Notes: generated by a model not told the origin, from the sequence alone. 64,000 nucleotides of DNA from Octopus sinensis (GCF_006345805.1 NC_043000.1:161882001-161946000); one strand, 5' to 3'; shown: positions 36,917 through 51,578, counted from the first letter of the stretch. Translations and numbers: made by a program.

Positions 36917-39107
36917 TATTAAATAGTTGTGCTTACTCATCATGGGATCCTTTTTGAGGGAGTATTTTACACCTGATGTCATTCATATACCTACCTGTTT
37001 TGTTACCTTGTATGACAAGCAGAAATAAAATGTATTTATTCTAACTTGAGATTCACATAATGAGAAGGCAAATAGGTAGAAGAAATGCACAGAAGTAAAA
37101 GATATGAAGGTTAATAATGGTAAGATGGTGATGGCAAGTGGTAAAGAATGTAATGTGATAGAAAGAATAAGGAAGTAGTTATGTGCAGTATGCAGAAAGG
37201 GTATTGCAGTACAATCTATTAGATGCACAGAATTCATTGGCTGGGAGGCATTGGAAATGTAGTAGAGAGAAAGTTAGTAACTAACATGGATCTAATTTTA
37301 ACTGTAAGATGTCTAAAGAAGTAATGGCAAGTGAAGGGAGAGTGGATCTGGATTTTAGAAATAGGAAGATGGAATGTTTATAAATATTTCTTACCTAGGA
37401 TGTTGTTGAATGGAGTAGGTGGATCAAATTTAGTAATGGTAGAAAGAGCAATGTGCATATAAGGTTTTTCAAGGCTGAATGATTTGTTAATGGGAAGTAT
37501 CACATGCTTGTGAAATCTATAGCTTAAGGTAGTGAAACAAGAATATTAAACAGTAGGGTTGGTTGGAAAGAATAGAAATGAGAATAGTTTGATGGAGGAA
37601 TAGAATATTATGGAAAGAAAGGAAGACAAACAATGACTTGCAGAGAATGACAGGAATAAAGCTAGTGATAGTTGTTTTGAAGAAAAATGGGATGAAAAAA
37701 TGTGCTGAAGGAGGATGAAGTAACTGAGAGAGTGCAATGATGGAAATTAATGTGGAAGGAAGAAGAGGAAGGAGGAAACTGTGAACGGTATAGAAAAAGA
37801 AATTATGGAGAAGGAAATATCAATAAAAGGACTGGTAAAAGGGGATGTAAAGAATAAAGCAAAATGGGAAAGACTGACATGGGGCCTCTGCAAGGTGAGC
37901 ATTTGCTTTAACAGAGACAATAGCCTCAAACCATTTATTGTTGTTGTAGTGTTTACCAAGATACTTTACTCAGCTAAAATATCAATGATGTTTTGCATTT
38001 TTCATTTTCATTTTGTCTGTGTTAGTTACTTTTTACAAGTTATGACTATTAAAGCTACAAAGATGCCAATTCATCATACCTGTTATTCACCTTTTCAATT
38101 TTCCTTTTTGTAATTAGAATGCTAAGCACTTCTTATTTGTTAATTTAGCTACAAGAGAAGTGAATAGCACCCTTGACTTTTGCAGGTGTTCACAGACTGG
38201 TAAAGTTACTGTACATTAATAACAGTTTACATATAGTAATAAGAACAAGCTTAATCATAATTTCAAGTTAATTATCTATATTAATAAATGTGAAATTATG
38301 AGTGTGTCTGCATGGCTTCCTGGCTTATAGACAAAGGAGATAACTCTCTCTCACAAAAAAACCCACAAGTACAGACCCTCTCAACCAAAAAATGCAATGT
38401 ATACATACAAATATTTATACCAATAAATGCAAATATCTATACCTGTGTCTACATCACTTCTTGACTAATAGACTCAAACTCCAAGGCTGAGTCTATACAA
38501 ATGGTTATAATCTGGAATCAGGGTAACCCAGAGAGTGTCTCTATGCTACTTTGGTCCACCAATCTGTGGCCCAAATTCAGCCCACCTTATAACACCTTTA
38601 GGTCTTACAGCTGGCAAAATGTGAACAAACAAGTGTAACAGAGCAAGCAGCAGAATATTGATTGGAAAATACAATACCTGACTTAATCAAAAATCAGCAG
38701 ACATGCAGCGAGAATAATTAACATTTTTGTACTCCATTAACTTTTATTCAGTGTAGTAAAGAACTTTTTGTGTTAGGTTGGGGTAAGATGCCACTGAGTT
38801 ATTGTTGTAAATCAAATCCTTTCCCTTTAAATGAAGTCCATATAACATGAAATAATAGCACATTTCCTCATATTTAGTGTATTCTCCAAAAAGAAAAATG
38901 TTCTTTTATATAATGAGTCAAGCAGGTATTAGAAGTCAAATTAAAATGGGCAAACAGTCAAAATTTTATTTTTCATTGAAATGACATTTGGAATGTTGTA
39001 CATATCAATATAAGGGAAGAAAAATGGCAAAGATTAATAGTGAGGAGAAATGGTATTCTGAAAAGGAAGTGAAAAATGCCAGAATAGCAAAAACATATGG
39101 GTTCCCG

Positions 39108-39320
39108 CAAAAAGATCCTGAGCAGATCTGGTTAAAAAAGATCCTGTGAAGATCTGGTTAAAAATGATTCTGTGAAGATCTGGTTAAAAATGATTCTGTG
39201 AAGATCTGGTTAAAAAAGATCCTGTGAAGATCTGGTTAAAAAAGTCCCCATGAAGAGCTGGTTAAAAAAAGATCCTGTGAAGATCTCACTAAAAAAAAAC
39301 CTGTGAAATTTTGGCTTAAC
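39108..39320. repeat. Minisatellite, ~8 x 26 bp
   Basis: Unit AAAAAAGATCCTGTGAAGATCTGGTT, degenerating toward the 3' end. Confidence 0.9.
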
Positions 39321-39789
39321 ATGACCTGGTGAAGTTTTTTTATTGGACAAATAACAAAAGGTCTGCATTACTAAGTTTTGATTTGATAAATTTTTGCATG
39401 AAAAATCTTATTTATTCAAATAAAGAATTAATGATGTTGTGACATGTCTTCCTTTTTATAGGTTCTTAAATTTTTACAATCTTTAGGCTGAAGGTTCAGT
39501 AACCCTATGTTGAAGCTAGACTAAAAGTCTTCCTGGAAGGTGGCTTCTTGGCTGATATTTTTAAAATACACTTTGTTTTCAGTTGTCTATTAATTATTTA
39601 TTTTATATCACATGGTTAATATTATGAGTCTTCTCTCTTTTAACAATATAGATTAAAATAAGATCTCTTATTTCCATTGAAATTCCATGTTCCTTACAAT
39701 ACTTTTATGAAATGTTTTTTGAATAGTAGAATGAGGGATGGTGTAAGTAGCAAAAGAAAAAGAATGTTAAATGTTTAATCAAATTACAA

Positions 39790-40720
39790 TCATATGATCC
39801 ATTTGAAGCAACAGTCTTTTTCCAATGGTTTCTAATATAATATACCTTCTCAATAAAATTCTTTAAGTTGAACAGTTACAAATCCAGTAAAAGGACTTAT
39901 TTTTTTTAGTATTGAATCTTTTATTATGGATATAAACTCATAATACTTGGAACATTGATGATCTACTGACAAAGTGTCAGGTGGATATGGAACAATACTG
40001 CAACATATTCCAACTTTCTAAGCTTTAGTGTTATCAACTGAAAAGTGTAGTGTCTGGCATGATCATTGGTATAATATTGGTTGTTTCCTATTGACCAATA
40101 CAAGCTGTTTGAGAGCTAATTGTGAATGCCTTTGTGTAATCAATTGGCAGTGTAACCGGGCTTTAATTATCACCTCAAATTCCCAAAATGAGAAATTGAC
40201 AATTCCTCATGTCCACCAAGCTATAACTATAAACTTTTTTATTTGGGAAGCAGGTGCGTTGGGGACAGTAGCATAAATTTCTTCAGACATCTTTCTGTCA
40301 TTTTATAATACCACTTTCCATCACAGGTCATGATATATTTCAAAATCAGATCCCTGTTACAGCGAATGACAAGCATTGTATAGATCTGAAGATGATTATG
40401 ATTTCATTCAGTTCATCTTGGATCTATTTCTGCAACTTTTTAAATCTTTCAAATTGCCTTGAGATACTTTAACGTGGGTACTGTAAAAGTGCCAGAGTCT
40501 TTAGCAAGTGCTTCAATCATTGTTCTTGAATCATTTTCCATTTCTTTTGCCAAGTCTGCATCATTAAGTACAGGTTTAGGCTTCCCTTGTTTCCAGAACT
40601 AAACTTGCTAAGCAAATGTGGAACAGTTTACACTGTTCTCTCCAAACACTCTACCAATGTTGGCACCTTGAGTAGATTTATACCCTAATTTAAACTCATA
40701 TATGAAAATTATTGTAAATT
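39790..40720 (-). mobile_element. Older decayed mariner transposase relic (intronic, antisense to the ZF gene)
   Basis: Minus strand IIFIYEFKLGYKST..VFGENSVN, K*IQDELNE (WVPHEL) and IMTCDGKW; TIRs not recognisable. Confidence 0.7.
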
Positions 40721-42040
40721 CTTCAGTAGGCGCTACTGCTGTTAGGAACCCAAAAACTTTCAATGATAGCATAATTAATGCCATTGATCATGATGAATGT
40801 TTCATAATTAGTGTCATTCAACATAATGTAAAAAAAAAAGACATTTCAGGAATAACAACCCTTCAAGGAGACAATTTTCTCCCCAGTCCTAACTTTTAAG
40901 TACTTTCTATTTGAAGCACTTTCATTATTCAGTTTTCTTTCTTTTGTGACACCACTATCGGTAGCATTGAAGGGCACTGAACCTAACTATAAAATTTTAA
41001 TTCTATTTACAACTTTGTACTATGATTAAATTTTTTATTAGCTCTTCTAAAAATTTTATGCATTTATCCAACATTCTACTTTTCTAAAAGTTTGGATTTC
41101 ATTTCACCCTTACGTGTTGTATAAATTGAAGGAAACCACATTACTTAGTTTTCTTTTGGTCGTGTTTTTAAGTTTTTTTTCAGAACAGTGAAAAAAAAAA
41201 TATTTCCAAAAACTTTGTTAATTTCAGGATAAATGAAACAAGTCCTTGGAGATCATGCTTTAAAATATTGTTAGTCATTCACCAATAACTATTACGACAC
41301 AATCAGATCACATTTGTAATATTCTGATTTTGTTCTACAGTTTTTTTTATGAGTTTTACGTATCTAATATGAACATTTCTATTACATTAGTGTCATTTCT
41401 TGTATGTATTTAATTCAAATATTTCTGTGTATTTTCTCAATTAATTTGTCAATAGTAATTTATCTTTATATAACAAAGCAAATAAATTACTATAAATTAG
41501 TTTGAAAAGGATCTAATTTGTAATTTAATTTTAGAATGTTATTTCTGTTTAAATTGAACTGTTATTTCTTGCTATTTAATTTGTTAATACTGAAACAAAA
41601 CAATGTGAATCAATTGACAATGGCCACATTCTCTTTTTTTTTATCTTAAGTTTGCCTTTGTTGCACAGTCCTAGAATCATAAGCTTATTATTGGATTCAA
41701 AGTTAGAGAATATCATTAAAGAAATATTTCAGAATTATGTAATTTTTAATTAACCTTTTTTATTATTATGTTACCCATTAATTACATCAGCTCTTACATA
41801 AAAAAAAAACGTTTCTTTCCTTTCTATTAATAACTTATTATTTTAAGCATCTCTTTATCCAAGTAAACTTGAATTACAATATTTCATAAATATGAATTGA
41901 ATTAGCAGAGTTAATTAGAAATTTTTGTAGAAGTTGATTGAATAATTTCATCCATATTAATTAAAATGGTATTGAATTTTACAAGCATATCTATATTAAA
42001 GTAATGAAATATTCTTAAGTATAATTTTCTTTATTTGCAG

Positions 42041-42231
42041 AACCTTACGGAAACATGTCAGTAAAATTCACTTGAATATCCGTCCGTATTTGTGTCAAAT
42101 GTGCGCTCAAGCATTTGGTGAGGATAGTGAGCTCCAATCTCATATCAAACAAAGACATACTTCTCATGATGAAAAAGATTTCTTTTGTCAGTTTTGTCCT
42201 TACGCTACTTCCAATAAGTACTCATATCAGA
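42041..42231 (+). CDS. C2H2 zinc-finger gene, internal exon
   Basis: Acceptor TTATTTGCAG, donor GTAAGT; (V)TLRKHVSKIHLNIRPYLCQMCAQAFGEDSELQSHIKQRHTSHDEKDFFCQFCPYATSNKYSYQ; phases match both neighbours. Confidence 0.92.
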
Positions 42232-45200
42232 GTAAGTATATTTCTTCCAAACAATTTTTATCATTGCATTTAATCATTCATTTTACTCTTCTGCAAGTAC
42301 TACATCATCCCTGCCAAAGTAAGATATTATTATTTATTGTATTTAATAATTATAATTTATTGACCTTATGTTCATTTCAATTGTTGAATATGCAGAGCTT
42401 AATATTCTAGCTTTAATTTTTGATCACTCAGTGTCTTTAGTACAAGAGAAGTAAAAAATAAGCTTTTCAAAAGCCAAATTTAAAACTTGATTTTCACTCC
42501 TTTTATTTGTAGCATTTGCTTTTTAGTTAATATTGGTTCTTTTGAAATAACTTAGAATATATCAAAACTGAGTTTCCTTAATTTACATATACTCTAGTAC
42601 TAAATAGGAAGTCATGTAAATAAATCCAAACATGGTTCATGTTCCAGGGGTAGCCTTCAACTTTCCCCATCCAAGGGTTATTTTTTAGCCCAATATTTTA
42701 CACACTATTATTTATAGCTTTATTTAGTTCATGTTCCACCATCAATAACACATTATTTAGAAACCTAGTATTCTGATTTCCATCTGTTTCCATTTTCCTG
42801 TCTTGTTATTTGTTTCTCCATAATCTTCTGACAGTGACTTTTAGTGCAATGCATTTTACTTCTGAAACATATTAGCAAACATTTCACTGAATTCCATCTA
42901 TTATCCTAGCACCATTTTTCTTGTTACTTTTGTCACTTTAGAATTATAAATGACAAAACATAATCTGTTTCTATAATACTCTGGTTCTTTGCTTAGTTTC
43001 ATTTTGTTTTGGATTATTTTTTACTCTTAAAGACTTTTGTATACTTCGAATAATGGGTTTGCAATCTAACAGGATTGGTCATCTTTCGTAGTTTTATGGT
43101 CACCAGCATCTTAAAACATACTATAGTCACTTCATTCTTCCTTTCAAGGTTCAATATTTTTAATTCTTTATTGAAGAATTTGATAGTTCTTTTGGGCTGC
43201 ATATGTTTCATATTTTTTTTATTTCTCACAAAATATTTCTCCATATTGAATTTTTTTGAATAGAACCTCCCTATTACAATGATATTTTTAATATAGATGT
43301 ATACAGGTCTTCTCTGACATATACAGGTCTCTGGTCAGAAAAATATTTTAAAAATAATATTTGTTGGTCTTTCATAAAATTAGTATACATAAAGTAATGA
43401 CGTATGCAGGTCTTTCATCAGAAAAGAAGCCTTAAAATAACGTCATCTTTGATCAGATAAAAATGCTTAAAATAAAGACAAATACAGGGGTTTAATCATG
43501 AATTTAAGATTTATATTTCCAAGTTGATGTCCCATTATAAAGTATTTCAGAGTATTTCATTAAAAGAAAAAAACAATCAGTGCAGAAAATTCCAAACTCC
43601 ATATATCCAAGTCCAAGGTCTATTTGAACAAAATGCTTAAAAGCCATTAGGAATAATAGTATCTGTTGTTCTATAAAATAAAATCATTGGTAAATTATTA
43701 CAACAGCAAAACTGATCACTAGAAACAAAAAGCAAAACTGTAATGAAATTAATGACCAGCAAATGAGGATGATTAAGATGATTTTACTCAAGCTAATAAG
43801 GAAAGGAATTAACATATATCTAGGCACATAGGTTTTGTAATTTATTACAAAGAAAATATTTTTCAATGACACGAAAAATTTACTTGGTTAATCTTGAAAA
43901 GTTATTTCATAATAGAGTAGCTCTATTTGCAGAAAAAACTTACAGTACTAATATAAGTATTATCAGATAACTGTTAAATATTGCTGTCATCATCATTATT
44001 GGCAATATTTTAACATACGTCATTCCATTAGTTTGCAATCAAACAGATTTTCTTGCAACATGTTTTAATATCTCCACGTTTTATTCGGATTTACCTACTA
44101 TACCATAGTTATCCATCACTAGGTCACAATGTTTTTTTTTTCCTTTTCTTATCTATATAAGACAATTTAATGTAATTTAATGGGTAAAGAAAACTGTAGG
44201 ATGAAATAAATTTCGTATGAAGATTTCATTACTAAAGAAACTAGACTAAAGTATGATTGTTACTGGTAATATATTCAATACAATATTTAACTTAGTATTC
44301 TCCAAAGATCTTGTCTTTATTTCCAGCTTTCCATCCCAGATTTTAAATCCATATTGTGTGTTCTTATTCAGACATCTCATATAAAGAAAATCAAAAGTAA
44401 TTAAAATCTTACAGTAACAGACGGATGTTTATATTTAAGATAAGATATTACAATGAAAATGAAAATAATATCTGTGCATAAGGAATAGTTGGGAATTCAG
44501 GATAAGTAAAACTTGTAAGGAAATATAGTTGCTGCTGTTATTTAGTCCCAGGTCAGCTGTGATAGAACATACTTACAATCAAAAGCATTCTAATCTGAAC
44601 AAACCCGTATTTTCGGATAGTGTATCATGCACAAATTATGTAGCATACCTTTCCTTTTTTAAATGATGGTAGCCCATGATTTTGCAAGATACTTGGCTAC
44701 TAATTTTGCTGGTCAAACAACCATGTAGAGTCTCCTTCTCTAGCTCAAAGAAAGTTAGTTTAGAGAAGCTAAATAGAGTATTACGATTTGCTGAAAAATT
44801 AATAAACTGATAAATAAACATGACTGTCCTAAGATAGATCATATATGTTGTCCTTAATCATCATCATCATTATCATTGTTGGTATTTTAACATATATCAT
44901 TTCATGGACCTGCAATCTAGTATATTCACTTGCATCATATTCTAATGTTTCTACGTTTTAAATAACTATTTTTATCTAGTTTTCAGAAATCTTTCTGCAT
45001 ATCAGTTATATCCCATTACCATATCATAGCAATATTCTTCTTTATCAATCGTTCATTTAATTGTTGGTGTCTCTTTTACATACATCAATTAATGCCTCTT
45101 AAACCTTCTTATAAACTTACAATGCTGATTTCATGAGTATTTCTGAAGGGATTTCCTAATCACATTTCATTACCATATAAGTTCATAAATGGTATAGTCT

Positions 45201-45828
45201 CAGTCCCTAAACTTCTAGAAATGAAACCATATCAACTTCATTAAGAACAGCTGCAACAGCAGTGTGTGTTAAATCATCATGTATTACTTCTAATGGCATG
45301 TATGAAATTAGTCTCCTAACCTATAGTCATCACTTGAACACTCTGTATTCATTACATACACCTATCTGATGGTTTCTCAAAATGACATTTCATTTTAAAA
45401 TATATTTCACATATTTTTTCAGAATGTGTATATATTTAATTCTCATTTCTAAATTAAATCAGAATATCTTGAATTAAAGCAATTTTAGAATTGCAATTTT
45501 AGGAGTAATGATAATTTGCATTTGAAATAATTCATGAATAATTTATTCATATAATCATTTTATAAGTAATACAGTTCATTTTATTTTCTGAAAAGTATTT
45601 GAATTTGAATGACAAATGAGATTTCATGTTTCAATTAAAATGAAAGTTACGTTGTGACAAAATTAAACATTTCATATGTTAAAATATTGTAATTTGTTTT
45701 TAAATTTTGAATTCATAAAAAGAAATCTTTAATAAAACTTTTCATTTTTTATTTTTTATTTTTATATTTCTTTATTTCATGTCTTTTGATTCCGTATGCT
45801 TATTCCTTTCTAAACCATATCGTTTCAG

Positions 45829-46379
45829 CGCACATGTACAGAGTGCATAAAACACGAGCCCCTGGGGATAATCGAGAGGAGTTCAAGTGTCCACATTGTG
45901 ATTTTGTGACTATTTTTGGGCATCGTTACCGCATCCACATGAATAGTCACAATAACATTCGCCAGTATGTTTGTGAATTTTGCAGCAAGGCTTTTGTGTC
46001 ATCAAACAGTCTTCGTCGGCACAAACTCTGGTTGCATTCCTCAGAGAGTTTGTCCTGTCCATTTTGCACATATGAAACAAAAACAAAGCAAAGCTTAAGT
46101 GTTCACGTGCGTACCCAGCACACAATGAAAGGTGTGAAGCCATACATGTGTCGCTATTGCGACTTCCGGTCAGCTACTGGTGGGAATTGCCGTAAACACA
46201 TCATGAATAAACATAAAGGGCTTGAAGTTGAGTATGTTAAAGACACTACTCTATTAGAAGCAGCTAAAGCTAGCCTTGATTCCATGGCCACTCAGTTCAC
46301 TTCCATGTTCATGATGGATCATCCTGAAGATAGGTCAGTCAATTTCATTCAACAAAGAGATATTTCATCCATAAATTAA
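45829..46379 (+). CDS. C2H2 zinc-finger gene, last or penultimate coding exon
   Basis: Acceptor CGTTTCAG; (T)HMYRVH completes finger 4, then CPHC, CEFC, CPFC and CRYC fingers; TAA at 46377-46379; possible internal donor AG|GTCAGT at 46333. Confidence 0.9.
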
Positions 46380-46879
46380 AAGGAAAGAAGATTTTAAAAT
46401 TGTAGCAGAGTTGTAAGGTTTATCATGTTTGGCCTTTTGGTTTTCACAGAGCAAGTTAACTTGATATGTTTGCTGATCACTGTTGTTTTGTAAATAAGAA
46501 TAGCATTCAGTATAAAAATAACAACACCAAAATTGGAACTTGTCATTGGCAATTTTTTGTTTTTTTTTTCATAATTAAGTATGCGTTTGTCTTAGTTTTA
46601 GCATATAAAGATAATTTTTTTATTGATTTTAATTCCATCAAATGTTACAAAAGGTTACACAAATATATCATGTTATGTCTACTACTAAGTATATTATGTA
46701 TTGATATTTGTAGATGTATTGAAGAATATATATTTGTACTTTTACATTATTGTCTCAACTTTTTGTTGGTAGTTTTGTGAAGAAATTGCCTTTTGATCTC
46801 ATTTATTTTTGTTTTGTTGTTGCTCTGGATGGTTATGGGAAAATATATAAATACTTTTTAAATCTTAGGCAACTATATA

Positions 46880-46894
46880 TCATATACATACATC

Positions 46895-46928
<34 letters not shown>

Positions 46929-46983
46929 ATATCGTATCCATACATACATATATACATATATATAAGTATATATATACATATAT

Positions 46984-47014
<31 letters not shown>

Positions 47015-47020
47015 CATACT

Positions 47021-47074
<54 letters not shown>

Positions 47075-47080
47075 CATACT

Positions 47081-47172
<92 letters not shown>

Positions 47173-47205
47173 TGTACATGTATGTACATACATACATACA
47201 TCATA
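46880..47205. repeat. Compound (TA)n/(CA)n microsatellite with ~60-bp higher-order duplication
   Basis: (CA)n(TA)nCATACT(TA)n block repeated. Confidence 0.85.
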
Positions 47206-50200
47206 TATGTTGCATGCTTGATACATAACATCTTGCAACCAGATAGTAGAGAATGTGAACATTATTAAATTTTGGAGTTTATAAATGTAGCAAAAATTGA
47301 CTATTGCAAAATCAAATTCTCATTATTATCTGTTTTCTTTTCTTTACTTTTTTTTTTTGTGTGTGTATTTATTAAGCTAAGCTTAATACTTACACATGAA
47401 TTTTGATTGATATTGCTTCTATGTTGTTGGAATATCCACATTGTTTTGAAAATAAATTTACTATTTAGCATATAGTTTTGAGGAATATTTTATTTTCATT
47501 TAAGTCTAATAATACAATATATCTAGTAGAAATTATGGATAGTCTTTTGTTTTCTTCAGTTGATGAAATTTTGTTTTCCTTATAAAATTATTTGATTACC
47601 AAACTGTAAAAAAATAAATTTTATGGTTAAATTAATTGACTTCAATGTAGAATTATAATAGTTTCAGATATATTCTACAATCATTTTCATGACTTCCAGT
47701 TTTCCAAATTTGGAATAAAGGTACTTTAGTTTAAGATACAAATTCTTCATCAATAATTCAAAGGACATTAAAACAATTTCTACACTATCTATTTGCTTTA
47801 TTTTTTTTTTTTACATGTATATTTTCAACTTTTCCTACTTTCAAACGTAAGGTATGATTTAAAATTTATAATTTTAGATGATTAATGTTAGATGAATTTT
47901 ATATGCTATACAGATTAGAACAATTCTGTAAATATAATTATGGAGTATATCATACTCAAATAGAACTAATTTTTCCTTACTTTCTTTTTTTTTTTTTGTT
48001 TTGAGAAAAAGAGAACACACTACTCTTATAGTAAAATCAGTTTTGATGAACTCGTCAAGTTTATCAAATAAATATTATCATTTTATTAACTATCTATTTT
48101 CTTTCCCATTGTGCCATACAATTAATGATAATTGACAAATTTTAAGATCTGAGGATATTTCAATGTTGCTTCTTCCATCAGTTTTGAATTTTTGATTGCT
48201 GTATTGGTTTTTCAACGTAAGCTTTGTTAATACATTTGCCATAAGTAATTGATTCTTGTTTTAAGTTGTATTTTTCTGTATATTTAAGACTGTTAATTTT
48301 TATTTTATTTTACTTCATTAATGTTACAAAATAGCATTGAAACAGTGACTATTTTTTAACTTGATGTTCAATGACAAGTTCCATTTGTTAATTAGAACGA
48401 AGTTGATGCACTTCAATGTTGGAGCCATAATTTAAGAAATGGGGTGAAAATATTAAAAAAATTTCAGTTGTACATGCCACAATGCAAAGATTTTAATGCA
48501 TTATAATTCAAAATATTCTTAACTGTGAACTGCACATCACTTTTAGGCCATTCCATTTGTAGTGTAACCAACACATGAAGCAACAGAAACTTTCCTACTT
48601 TTCAATATTACTAATCATTTTCTAAAGACCAGTTGATTCAAAGAATTTTAATTTCTTTCTGAATAGACTACTTAATTAAAAACTTCTCATTTTCAAAACA
48701 ATAAATTTTGCATTTAACATGAATAGCTAGTATTTAATTAAGCAACATTTTATATAGAAATTGTGAAAATTGATTCAAACAGTATGTTTAATTAATGTTT
48801 ATTTACATCTATCTAATAAAATAATACCCTTTTAACTGAAGACACTTTTTGATGTTCATTTATAAAATGAATAATTAACTGTGACATTTACAAACTTAAT
48901 TACCAAACAATTCTCAAATAAAACTATTTTCTTTATGTCACAAAATTTCTTATTTCTCTTTACCTAAATGCCATCATAAGTAATTGTTATGGTAAAGAAA
49001 ATTTTCTCTAATGGGTTTCAAGAAGTTTTGTTTTCCATTATTTATTTTAAAAGTGAATTTAAAAAGTTGTTTTGTAAAATTGTAATATTTAGATAAAATA
49101 TAAATAGACCACAGTTTAATATCATTCTCTATCAGTTGTTTAATTCTCTTCATATGAATGGTAAGTATGAAGAAGATAAATATAAATTTGCTTGCAAGAT
49201 TCATTTATTTTATAAATACAATAAGATATATCTGCATTGCACAGTTGGTTCTTCAATAAATAAGTTTTGATTTCTAAGAATATTTGAGGTAGAAATTCAT
49301 ATTTGAGGCAAAAGTTGTTTTTGTAAATCAAACTTCCAATATTACAGTAATATTAAAGCAGTAAAGGTGGCTGAGATATAAATGCTCAAGAGTGGATGCT
49401 TAGCTAATACTAATATGAAAACCCTCTATTCTGAGTTCAAATACCACTGATGTCAATTATGTCTTTTCATTCCTTTAATGTAAAGGGTTTCATGCAAGTA
49501 ATACTAACCATAACCTAAATAAAAAGGGTGGTCTGCATAGATTTTCAAAATAATTACCATAGTAACCAAGTTGTATTGCAAAAACTTATATATCTGAGAT
49601 TTAATTAATTAACGTCTTTAATTACAAACTCATTACAAATTCAGATGCGTCATAATTTTTCATTGTTTTATATAAAAAATTTATTAGTTAAATAAAAAAA
49701 TTTGAGTTTGTATCCATAATTCAGTTTTCTGTTGAGAGAAATACATTAGTGATTTCCTATTACATCATGAGAAGTATGGTCAGTTAATTTTCAAGCAAAA
49801 ATTTGGAAAAAACGAATCTAAAATAAACTTTACTTCAAATAAAGATAACTCATATAAATCATTTTAAATAAATATGATATCTACAGTCATGTAAAGGAAA
49901 GGAACTAACTAAGCATAACTCACATTCTTATTTTCCCTTTGTAAAATAACCTTGATAATCATTCAATAAAAACGTAGTTTGAACCTGTTCTTATGCAGGG
50001 GTGCGGTAACTACTAAATATTTGATTGAACAAAAATAACTAGGACTGGTAAAGTTCGATAACTATGCTGAAAAGTTTAAGGAATAGTTTCTGTTGCATAT
50101 CAGGATGTTTCATAGGTATTAATGTAAAATAAGTTTATACTGCTCTATCAATTGAGAATTACATATGTCTGTGTGAGTTCACACATATATGCATATATAT

Positions 50201-50556
50201 ATATATATATATATATAAACACACATAAATACACAGAGATGCACATGCAAATGTATGTGTGTATGTGTGTGTGATTCAATACAGCTATATATATGAATAT
50301 GTATATTCATGTTATCTATAATACATATACAAATAGATAAATAGATATAGATATGTATGTATGTATGTATATATGTATGTATTTATGTTTATTCATATAA
50401 GTATACATATATGTTTTGCACTTACATTACTATAACCATATAACACATTTTTAAACTTATACACAGACAGACACACACACACACACGTATATAGATAGAT
50501 TGATAGATAGATAGATAGATAGATATTGAAATATCTCAAAGTACAGACATATATTG

Positions 50557-50779
50557 TTGACATCATAAGAATTTCATAAACTCTCATGAGAACACATCTT
50601 GAAGCACCAATATAAAGCAATAAATGATAGCATGTAAATATTGGGTTAAAAAAAATCCTTTGGACAGAAGAAGTTGAAAGTAGCTTCGACATTTATAGAT
50701 TTATGTAAGTGCTTTGAGATATTCCAAAAACAATTAGTTCACATTCTCTCGAAAATTTATGAAATTCTTATGAATTCAA
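50557..50779. mobile_element. MITE-like element
   Basis: Perfect 18-bp inverted repeat TCATAAGAATTTCATAAA (50563-50580) / TTTATGAAATTCTTATGA (50756-50773); interior related to ~11875-11930 and ~42665-42720. Confidence 0.6.
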
Positions 50780-50901
50780 GAATAAATACATACATTCATA
50801 CACACATGCATACATGCATATATATATATATGTATGTATGTATGTATGTATATAGATATTTTAGTTGTATTTATGTGTATAAATTCATATATATGTGCAT
50901 A

Positions 50902-50956
<55 letters not shown>

Positions 50957-51115
50957 TATAAACATGCAGAAATGTTTTTATATACACATAATTACAAACA
51001 TGTCTCTCTCACATTCTCTCTCTCTTTCTCTCTCTCACTTTCCATCTTGCCGAATGCATATATATATATATATATATATACCTGCATACATATATTAATA
51101 TTAACGTTTGTTTTT

Positions 51116-51470
51116 AAGGCAGCAAGTGGGCAGAATCGTTAGCATGTCAGGCCTAATTCTTAGCAGCATTTTGCACATCTTCATGTTCTGAGTTCAAATT
51201 CCACTGGGGTTGACTTTGCCTTTCATCCTTTTAGGGTCGGTAAAATAAGTACCAGTATGTATGTATGTATGTATTTGTATTTATGTTTATTCATATAGGT
51301 ATACATATATGTTTTGCACTTACATTACTATAACCATATAATACATTTTTAAACTTATACACAGACACACACACACACACACACACGTATATAGATAGAT
51401 AGATAGATAGATATAATTGACTTATCCAATCCTCCAAAATTGCTGATCTTTTACCAAAATTTGAAATCAA
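51116..51470 (+). mobile_element. Nin-domain SINE split by a ~160-bp locally copied insert
   Basis: Head to AATAAGTACCAG (51255), resumes TAATTGACTTA..CCAAAATTTGAAA after 51413. Confidence 0.7.
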
Positions 51471-51578
51471 TATTGTTTGTTTTTAAGTTCAATTATAATA
51501 AAAATAATTTTACATTAATCTGAATACTCCATACTTTTTTAGCGTACATATTTCTTATTCTGTAACAAGGATATTGTT

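Noticed and set aside
39108-39320. CRISPR-like palindromic repeat
   Set aside because: No spacers; simple minisatellite
42232-42410. C-terminal half of the 112-aa ORF
   Set aside because: Read-through into the intron past the GTAAGT donor
45786-45828. N-terminus of the 197-aa ORF
   Set aside because: Intronic sequence upstream of the acceptor at 45828; the ORF-track start is not real
46880-47262. Many YI/CV/HT-rich ORFs (also at 50834, 54333, 59053 and 62124-63865)
   Set aside because: Translations of dinucleotide microsatellites
49480-49550. Minus-strand GCATGAAAC hammerhead half
   Set aside because: The upstream box reads TTGAAAA; too decayed to support
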